Source of the DNA: Candidatus Electrothrix sp. GW3-4 | GTDB lineage: Bacteria; Desulfobacterota; Desulfobulbia; Desulfobulbales; Desulfobulbaceae | DNA: 32,000 bases | Direction of reading: 5' to 3' | NCBI RefSeq assembly: GCF_037902255.1 | Contig: NZ_CP147990.1 | Coordinates: 2,070,001 to 2,102,000, forward strand | Part shown: positions 25,759 through 32,000 of the stretch, piece by piece | Position numbering within the stretch: position 1 is the first letter of the stretch | Layout: each line of letters opens with the position of its first letter | Notes under the pieces: generated by a model | What the model was told of the DNA's origin: nothing | What the model saw: only the letters and a program-made list of their open reading frames with translations | Databases searched by the model: none | Translations under genes and position numbers: made by a program

Positions 25759-25779
25759 TTTCTCTCGCTATAACCGTCC

Positions 25780-27249
25780 TTAGATAATTGGTTTCATCGC
25801 GCCCATATAGGAACGCAGTTCTTCACCGATGATCTCCACCCCGGTGTAGCGGATGGCCTCATTGACCTCAATCAGCTCCACATTGCTGACCCCATTATCC
25901 TTCACATCCAAGCCCTTGCCGATGACATCGCTGTTCACGGTCTTCATGAAATCCTGCAGCAGGGGATAGGCGGCGTGATTGAACAGGTAACAACCGTATT
26001 CCGCCGTATCCGAGATAACCACGTTCATCTCATAGAGCTTCTTACGGGTGATCAGGTTGGCAATCAGCGGCAGCTCATGCAGGGACTCGTAATAGGCTGA
26101 CTCCTCCTTGATACCTGCTGAAACCATCGTATCAAAGGCCAGTTCAACGCCCGCCTTGACCATGGCCACCATCAGGATCCCCTTGTCAAAGTACTCCTGT
26201 TCAGTAATCTCTACATCCGCAGCATCAATCTTCTCGAACTCGGTTTCACCGGTCTCCTTCCGCCAATTCAGCAGGTCCGCATCATCCTTGGCCCAGTCTG
26301 CCATCATGGTCTTGGAAAAATGCCCGGACATGATATCGTCCATATGCTTATGAAAGAGTGGCGCCATAACCTGGGTCAACTCTTCCGCCAGCTCGTTGGC
26401 ACGAATCTTAGCCGGATTAGAGAGCCGATCCATCATATTGGTGATACCGCCGTGTTTGAGGGCCTCGGTAATGGTTTCCCAGCCGTTCTGGATGAATTTC
26501 ACGGCGTAGGCTGCATCAATACCCTGCTCAACCATCTTTTCAAAGCACAGCAACGAGCCGGTCTGCAGCATACCGCAGAGGATGGTCTGCTCACCCATCA
26601 AGTCGGACTTGACCTCAGCAACAAAGGAGGACTCCAGGCAGCCTGCCCGATCTCCGCCAGTACCGCAGGCATAGGCCTTGGCAATATCCCAGCCAATGCC
26701 CTGGGGATCGTTCTCGCGATGGACGGCCAGCAGGGTCGGGACCCCAAAACCGCGCTTGTACTCTTCACGGACCTCGGTTCCAGGAGATTTCGGAGCCACC
26801 ATAACAACCGTGATATCCTCGCGGATCTGCATACCTTCCTCAACAATATTAAAACCGTGAGAATAGGACAGGCAAGCCCCCTTCTTCATAAAGGGCATAA
26901 CCGCTTCAATAACCTTGGAGTGCTGCTTATCCGGGGTCAGGTTGATGACCAAGTCCGCATCCGGGAGCATCTCTTCGTAGCTGCCTACCTTGAAATCATT
27001 CTCTGTGGCATTCTTCCAGGACTGACGCTTCTCTTGAATTGCCGCTTCACGCAGGGTATAGGCGACATCCAGACCAGAGTCACGCAGGTTCAGGCCCTGG
27101 TTCAAGCCTTGGGCTCCACAACCGACAATAACAATCTTCTTACCTTTCAGGGCTTCCACCCCATTAAATTCCGAGGCGTCCATGAAACGACATTGGCCCA
27201 GTTCTTCCAGCTGAAGCCGCAAGGGCAGGGTATTAAAATAATTTGCCAT
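25780..27249 (-). CDS. ilvC: ketol-acid reductoisomerase, long (class II) form
   Basis: 489 aa. The N-terminus [23 protein letters not shown]…[27 protein letters not shown]…[12 protein letters not shown] closely parallels enterobacterial IlvC as I recall it. Confidence 0.95.
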   Translation of the reverse strand: MANYFNTLPLRLQLEELGQCRFMDASEFNGVEALKGKKIVIVGCGAQGLNQGLNLRDSGLDVAYTLREAAIQEKRQSWKNATENDFKVGSYEEMLPDADLVINLTPDKQHSKVIEAVMPFMKKGACLSYSHGFNIVEEGMQIREDITVVMVAPKSPGTEVREEYKRGFGVPTLLAVHRENDPQGIGWDIAKAYACGTGGDRAGCLESSFVAEVKSDLMGEQTILCGMLQTGSLLCFEKMVEQGIDAAYAVKFIQNGWETITEALKHGGITNMMDRLSNPAKIRANELAEELTQVMAPLFHKHMDDIMSGHFSKTMMADWAKDDADLLNWRKETGETEFEKIDAADVEITEQEYFDKGILMVAMVKAGVELAFDTMVSAGIKEESAYYESLHELPLIANLITRKKLYEMNVVISDTAEYGCYLFNHAAYPLLQDFMKTVNSDVIGKGLDVKDNGVSNVELIEVNEAIRYTGVEIIGEELRSYMGAMKPII

Positions 27250-27333
27250 CAGTCATTCTCCTTGTGTTGATACATTCTTTGGTCAGTTCTTTCTCAGCTG
27301 CAACGTAGCGATAAAAAAAACTTGTGCGGTCAA

Positions 27334-27345
27334 TTTGATATCAAA
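27334..27345. promoter_or_regulatory. 12-bp perfect palindrome TTTGATATCAAA in the ilvY-ilvC intergenic region (candidate operator)
   Basis: Read directly from the sequence. It lies between the divergent ilvC and ilvY starts. Confidence 0.25.
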
Positions 27346-27399
27346 ACGTATCTTACCATGTAATAGCGTTGCGTAAAGTGATTTATTTGGGATATATTA

Positions 27400-27414
27400 T
27401 TGTGAATAACACAA
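27400..27414. promoter_or_regulatory. LysR-type T-N11-A dyad TTGTG-AATAA-CACAA (candidate IlvY box)
   Basis: The inner 13 bp TGTGAATAACACA fit T-N11-A with GTG/CAC dyad symmetry. It lies about 32 bp upstream of the ilvY ATG. Confidence 0.35.
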
Positions 27415-27445
27415 CACTACCTGAACACTATCCCCCTTTGACCTT

Positions 27446-28387
27446 ATGGATATCCAGACCCTCCGCCTGTTCACCCACCTTGCCAAGGGGCTCCACTTTG
27501 GGCGCACCAGCCGGGCCTGTAACATTTCCCCGTCTGCCCTTACAAGGACAATCCAACGCCTGGAAGCAGAGCTGGGAGAACAGCTTTTTTTTCGTGATAA
27601 TCGTTCTGTTTCCCTGACTCAGGCAGGAGAATATTTCCGTGCATATGCAGAAGATGTGCTTCAGCGGCGAGAACAACTCCAGCTTCAATTTGCCAGCAAT
27701 CGGGAGCTCAAGGGCTCTGTCTCGTTGTACTGCTCGGTGACAGCGGCATACTCTGTACTCCCGGATATTTTCCAACGATTTAGAAGAGGATACCCGCAGG
27801 TTCACCTCAAATTACAGACCGGTGATGCAGCCGCTGCCCTGCCCCGACTGCAGAACCGAGAAACTGACATCGTCATCGCCGCCTTACCGGAAAAACTGCC
27901 CGGGCGAATAATTTTTTTGGAGCTAACTGAAACACCGCTCGTCTTTATTGCCCCGACAGATTATCCAGGTACCGTTTGTCACAGTACAAACAGCGAGCAA
28001 GAGATTGACTGGCTGCAAACCCCGTTTATCATGCCAGATACCGGACTGAGTAGACGACGTGTTGATCAATGGTTTGCTGAAAAAAAAATTACCCCGCATA
28101 TATATGCTGAGGTTGCCGGAAACGAAGCGATTATCGCTATGGTGAGTTTGGGGTGCGGGATTGGGGTTGTGCCCCTGCTTGTCCTTGACAAAAGCCCTGT
28201 AAGAAAGCAGATAAAAATCCTTGCCTGCTCTCCTCCACTTGTACCTTTCTCCATCGCAGTCTGTACAATAGATAAAAAAATCCGCTCTCCCCAGGTGCAA
28301 GCCTTTTGGAACATTGCAACATCAATTGAGAACGCATATAAAAAAGGCCCCACTCCTCATATGAAGAACGGGGTCAGCAAAAATTGA
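27446..28387 (+). CDS. ilvY: LysR-family transcriptional activator IlvY
   Basis: The N-terminal HTH MDIQTLRLFTHLAKGLHFGRTSRACNISPSALTRTIQRLEAELGEQLFFRDNRSVSLTQAGE and later CSVTAAYSVLP, LQTGDAA, PFIMPDTG parallel E. coli IlvY as I recall it. The gene is divergent from ilvC. Confidence 0.85.
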   Translation: MDIQTLRLFTHLAKGLHFGRTSRACNISPSALTRTIQRLEAELGEQLFFRDNRSVSLTQAGEYFRAYAEDVLQRREQLQLQFASNRELKGSVSLYCSVTAAYSVLPDIFQRFRRGYPQVHLKLQTGDAAAALPRLQNRETDIVIAALPEKLPGRIIFLELTETPLVFIAPTDYPGTVCHSTNSEQEIDWLQTPFIMPDTGLSRRRVDQWFAEKKITPHIYAEVAGNEAIIAMVSLGCGIGVVPLLVLDKSPVRKQIKILACSPPLVPFSIAVCTIDKKIRSPQVQAFWNIATSIENAYKKGPTPHMKNGVSKN

Positions 28388-28449
28388 GTGATGACAAAAC
28401 CGTTCACTGATCCCTCAGCACGGAGTTCTTTTTTCTACAGGAATCTTAA

Positions 28450-28809
28450 TTAGTTTTGCTTTGCCTGAACTTCCAGGTGCTCCATAATTTCGACAAGTCT
28501 GTCACATTTCTTTTTAAATTCATCCAGGGCCTGCTTCCCCTTTGCCCCCTTCCGCTCTTCCAGCGGCATTTGAATCAGGGTCTTAATATCGTCATGGACC
28601 TCCTTATGGAGATTTTCCAGCGTACTCATCTCATCAAAATCACTGAATTCTTCCAGAACAGTACCGTATAATAACTTACCGAAATCACAACGGGTATGAT
28701 CAGGAACATCTGCAAGTGTTAACTCTTCAACACCATAAAAGAAATCAGCCAATTTTGACTTCCATTGCAAATGTGCTATAATACCAACCTGTAAATTTGT
28801 AACGTCCAT
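28450..28809 (-). CDS. stand-alone CZB (chemoreceptor zinc-binding) domain protein
   Basis: ORF 28450..28941. Start at ATG 28809 behind GGAGG. The 3His/1Cys pattern is AHLQWK … DHTRCDFGKLLYG … LHKEVHDDI. Confidence 0.7.
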   Translation of the reverse strand: MDVTNLQVGIIAHLQWKSKLADFFYGVEELTLADVPDHTRCDFGKLLYGTVLEEFSDFDEMSTLENLHKEVHDDIKTLIQMPLEERKGAKGKQALDEFKKKCDRLVEIMEHLEVQAKQN

Positions 28810-29183
28810 TTTATCGCCTCCATCTACTACTTCGGTGCCAGCAGGTAGAAATATAAGCAGAGTCTGCTGACTCCATAATTCAACAAAATTCAACACAACA
28901 TAAGAACACTTCTTATTTAAAGTAAGAATTAATATCATCAAAAGAAAAAGTCAATGCATTTATTAATGACCAACTAGCTGTTCTTCTCCTTTTTTCGACT
29001 AACATGCTTTTTTAAAAATAAAATAACCCAAGATATTCTCGTTAAAAAACTTTAGTAACAGAAGGCAGTCTGCTTATAAAACTGCTCTCTCATTATTCAC
29101 AGCAACGGGACACTTCACCCCAGAGACCAGAGCGCGCAAGCAACAGCCTTTGACTCCCGCTGCATCACCAAAAAGGTACCAAC

Positions 29184-29639
29184 ATGGCAACAGTTGAAGC
29201 AATTTGTATTAGCAAAAAAAAAGGTATTCCTAAAAGCCCGATTGAAGAAGCAACCTTTGAAGTCGGCTTTGGCATTCTCACAGATGCTCATGGTGGCGAT
29301 TGGCATCGACAAGTCTCTCTCCTTGCCGGTGAAAGTATAGACAGAGTGAAAGAAATACTCCCCCAACTCACCCAGGGTGCCTTTGCCGAAAATATCATTA
29401 CCAGGGGGGTCGACCTGAGCTCACTTGCAGTTGGCGATACCCTGCGAATTGGTGCGGAGATCCTCCTGGAGATCACCCAGATTGGCAAAAAATGCCACGA
29501 TGCTGGCTGTGCGATCAAAAAAGCCACAGGTGACTGCATCATGCCGCGAGAAGGCCTCTTTGCCAAAGTGCTCCAAGGAGGAGAGGCAAAGGCTGGTGAT
29601 GAAATCAAAGTAGACTATCGAAGTACTCCCCCTGCGTAA
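29184..29639 (+). CDS. MOSC domain-containing protein
   Basis: 151 aa. Blocks GILTDAHGGDWHRQVSLL, FAENIITRGVDL, GDTLRIG. Confidence 0.7.
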   Translation: MATVEAICISKKKGIPKSPIEEATFEVGFGILTDAHGGDWHRQVSLLAGESIDRVKEILPQLTQGAFAENIITRGVDLSSLAVGDTLRIGAEILLEITQIGKKCHDAGCAIKKATGDCIMPREGLFAKVLQGGEAKAGDEIKVDYRSTPPA

Positions 29640-29880
29640 CGACGACAAAGTAGTACACAATCTATCACATTAATCGCAATCATTGTTCGTACAGAGCCTT
29701 TACAAAGCTCAACAGGAGTTGCCACCCAAAATAAGCTACCAAAACAGCCCGAATGCTACCAAATAGTAGCCCGTAACATTACAATTTCGAAGCATTTTTT
29801 CCTCTTGACAATTCGGCAAAAATAATCTTCATTAGGGGTGACATAAAATCATAACTCGGACTGAAATTTTCTACTGACAG

Positions 29881-31056
29881 ATGACCACACAATCCGCTGA
29901 AAAATACCGTCTTGACGGAAACACCTTGCCTGAGGGATTCAGGCTGCCGCAATCGGACTCTGGAGACGAAGACGAGTTCTTCGTCAACATTGGTCCTCAA
30001 CATCCCAGTACCCACGGCGTGCTCAGGGTTGTTGCTCGGCTGAGCGGCGAAACCGTTGTTGAAGTGGTACCCCACCTCGGCTATATCCATCGTGGCATAG
30101 AGAAGATGGCCGAGAACCAGACCTATATCCAAAACATCCATCTTACAGATCGCCTCGACTACCTTTCTGCCTTTTCCAACAATCTTTGCTTTTGCTTGGC
30201 TGTTGAAAAGGCTATGGATATCGGAGTCCCCGAGCGTGGTGAATACCTTCGGGTTATGATCTGTGAGCTCCAAAGAATCCAGTCGCATCTCCTCTGGTGG
30301 GGTGTTATGGGGATGGATCTTGGTGGTTTTACTCCATTCCTCTATGGCTTCAGAGAACGCGAAATGATCACGGATATCTTTGAGGAAATATGCGGAGCCC
30401 GCCTTACCATGAACTTTTTCCGTCCCGGTGGCTCTTCCTTTGATGCTCCAGACACCTTTCTTCCGCGAGTGAAAAATGTCATCAAGGTCATGCATAAGGC
30501 CCTTGCTGAATATAACACCCTGCTCAGTGACAATATTATTTTCCAGGAGAGGACCCGAGGTGTAGGTATCCTGTCCAGGGAAGCTGCACTGGCCTATGGC
30601 TGTTCAGGAGCGGTCCTTCGAGCTTCCGGGGTCTCTTATGATGTACGGAAAGATGACCCGTACTCTATTTATGACCAGTTTGATTTTGCTATTCCGACAA
30701 GCACAGAGGGTGACTGTCTTGCCCGCTATCAGCTTAAAATGGAAGAGATGGCCCAATCCTTACGGATTTTAGAACAGGCTGTGGAGAAATTCCCGAAAGG
30801 ACCGTACCGTAGCCAGCCAAAGGCAACGTATAAACCACCTAAAGGCAGTTACTATAGTCAGGTTGAAACCCCAAGAGGTCTCTTGGGAACCTATATTGTC
30901 TCCGAAGGCGGCCCAAAACCCTATCGGGTGAAATACCGTTCGCCAAATTTTTCCAACCTCAGCGCCCTGAACCATGCTGCACAAGGACTTAAGGTAGCTG
31001 ACTTGGTAACAATTATGTCCAGTATGGATATTGTTATTCCAGATATGGACAAGTAG
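29881..31056 (+). CDS. nuoD: NADH-quinone oxidoreductase subunit D
   Basis: 391 aa. Blocks NIGPQHPSTHGVLR, HLGYIHRGIEK, TDRLDYLS, ELQRIQSHLLW; C-terminal IVIPDMDK. Confidence 0.9.
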   Translation: MTTQSAEKYRLDGNTLPEGFRLPQSDSGDEDEFFVNIGPQHPSTHGVLRVVARLSGETVVEVVPHLGYIHRGIEKMAENQTYIQNIHLTDRLDYLSAFSNNLCFCLAVEKAMDIGVPERGEYLRVMICELQRIQSHLLWWGVMGMDLGGFTPFLYGFREREMITDIFEEICGARLTMNFFRPGGSSFDAPDTFLPRVKNVIKVMHKALAEYNTLLSDNIIFQERTRGVGILSREAALAYGCSGAVLRASGVSYDVRKDDPYSIYDQFDFAIPTSTEGDCLARYQLKMEEMAQSLRILEQAVEKFPKGPYRSQPKATYKPPKGSYYSQVETPRGLLGTYIVSEGGPKPYRVKYRSPNFSNLSALNHAAQGLKVADLVTIMSSMDIVIPDMDK

Positions 31057-31074
31057 AGAGCAAAAGAAAGAGAA

Positions 31075-32000
31075 ATGAACATGTCAGCAGCAGCAACACT
31101 GTATCCGCTCCAAAACGGTATCGGCAATATGGTGCGTAACCTCTTCCCGGAAAGCGCCTCTCTTATCAATCCCGTTCTGGGCGTGATTGCCTTGGTGATC
31201 CTGGTCTCCAGCTTGGCTGGCCTCCTCATCCTGTTGGAACGTAAGGTTTCGGCCCATTTCCAGGTCAGGCTTGGTCCCATGCGAGTAGGTTATCATGGCA
31301 TTCTTCAGCCCTTGGCTGACGGAATCAAACTGGTCTTCAAAGAGTTCCTGAAACCAAGGGGGGCAGATTCCTTTATTTTTTACCTTGCCCCAATGCTTCC
31401 CTTGAGCGCTACCTTCCTGCTCATGGCAATCTTGCCCTTTGACCACCACCTGCAACTGGTAGATCCGGCAGGAGGCGTTCTTTATGTACTGGGGATTTCC
31501 GGCCTGACCGTGCTGGGTATTCTGTTAGCAGGCTGGGCATCGAATAACAAATTCTCCCTTCTCGGGGCCATGCGCTCAGGAGCCCAGATGATCTCCTTTG
31601 AGATCTCCATGGCCCTGATTATGCTACTCATAGTCATGGTTTCTGGAACAGCCTCCTTACGTGAAATTGTCCTTTCTCAACAAGGCCTGATTTTTGATTG
31701 GTGGATTTTCAAACTGCCTTTTCTCGGTATCCTCTCCTTCTTCATGTATCTGATCGTCTCCACTGCTGAACTCAACCGAACGCCCTTTGACCTTGCCGAG
31801 GCTGAATCTGAATTGACAGCAGGATATCATACCGAGTATTCCGGCATGGGTTTTGCTATGTTCTTCTTTGCCGAGTTCGTCAATATGTTTGTTTCGGCAG
31901 GATTGGCAACAACCTTTTTCCTTGGCGGTTTTCATCCCCCTCTTATCGGCATTCCCCTTATTGATGGGCTGCTTAATGCCATACCGGGATTTATCTGGTT
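31075..32000 (+). CDS. nuoH: NADH-quinone oxidoreductase subunit H, partial (runs off the right edge)
   Basis: Not in the ORF track because it has no stop in the window. From ATG 31075 the frame is open to the end. Translation includes …LLERKVSAHFQVRLGPMRVGYHGILQPLADGIKLVFKE… and …AELNRTPFDLAEAESELTAGYHTEYSG…, both hallmark NuoH blocks. Confidence 0.9.
   Translation, partial: MNMSAAATLYPLQNGIGNMVRNLFPESASLINPVLGVIALVILVSSLAGLLILLERKVSAHFQVRLGPMRVGYHGILQPLADGIKLVFKEFLKPRGADSFIFYLAPMLPLSATFLLMAILPFDHHLQLVDPAGGVLYVLGISGLTVLGILLAGWASNNKFSLLGAMRSGAQMISFEISMALIMLLIVMVSGTASLREIVLSQQGLIFDWWIFKLPFLGILSFFMYLIVSTAELNRTPFDLAEAESELTAGYHTEYSGMGFAMFFFAEFVNMFVSAGLATTFFLGGFHPPLIGIPLIDGLLNAIPGFIW

Noticed and set aside
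23612-25769. 9-bp direct repeat TCTCTCGCT (23612..23620 and 25761..25769) as a possible target duplication for the orphan-gene island; also GCTCCCTTT at 23695..23703 and 25753..25761
   Set aside because: The expected chance occurrence of a 9-mer match between two flanks of about 300 bp is appreciable (roughly one in three). The motif is low-complexity pyrimidine. No inverted repeats adjoin the putative ends.
26320-27270. 316-aa + strand ORF
   Set aside because: It is antisense to ilvC.
27428-27805. 125-aa minus-strand ORF
   Set aside because: It is antisense to the ilvY 5' half, which carries a clear LysR HTH.
29805-29833. TTGACA at 29805..29810 as a -35 element for the nuo operon
   Set aside because: The best -10 candidate at a 17-bp spacing (TTCATT) is poor. 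This is not enough to call a promoter without transcript mapping.
29779-30495. 238-aa minus-strand ORF
   Set aside because: It is antisense to nuoD and extends into the intergenic region. No motifs were recognised.

Overview
Chromosomal window from a Gram-negative bacterium; I cannot assign a taxon from sequence alone. About 30 genes can be supported.

Housekeeping genes recognised from the translations:
- recJ, glmS, pyrE, the divergent ilvY-ilvC pair, and nuoD plus the start of nuoH
- a NUDIX hydrolase, a MOSC protein and a stand-alone CZB zinc-sensor protein
- a response regulator with the start of its sensor partner
- a NitT/TauT-type ABC transporter (ATPase, permease, binding protein) whose permease gene is split by an IS1634-family insertion sequence. 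The 6-bp target duplication is readable and the original reading frame can be reconstructed.

The most unusual region is 5.8-15.7 kb, a divergently organised block of eight genes whose products all carry signal peptides or transmembrane segments:
- two exported caspase-family (peptidase C14) proteins
- three copies of a DUF4384-type module in three different architectures
- a CHASE2-sensor class III adenylate cyclase, translationally coupled to one of the DUF4384 genes
- an OmpA-like protein, a TPR lipoprotein and an outer-membrane beta-barrel protein

I read this block as a candidate periplasmic protease-to-cAMP signalling module with no described function.

Other observations:
- a nearly perfect 6 x 51-bp in-frame repeat encoding an E/R/K-rich helix in one caspase
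- a perfect 2 x 223-bp tandem duplication across the recJ 3' end
- a 22-codon upstream ORF stop/start-coupled to a glutaminyl cyclase gene
- an FHA-cyclase gene whose FHA core lies upstream of its first ATG and is separated from a good start by a G5 tract
- an unlisted 56-aa zinc-ribbon gene
- an orphan 521-aa protein with long noncoding flanks wedged between pyrE and ilvC

All product calls rest on motifs read by eye. No database search was run.
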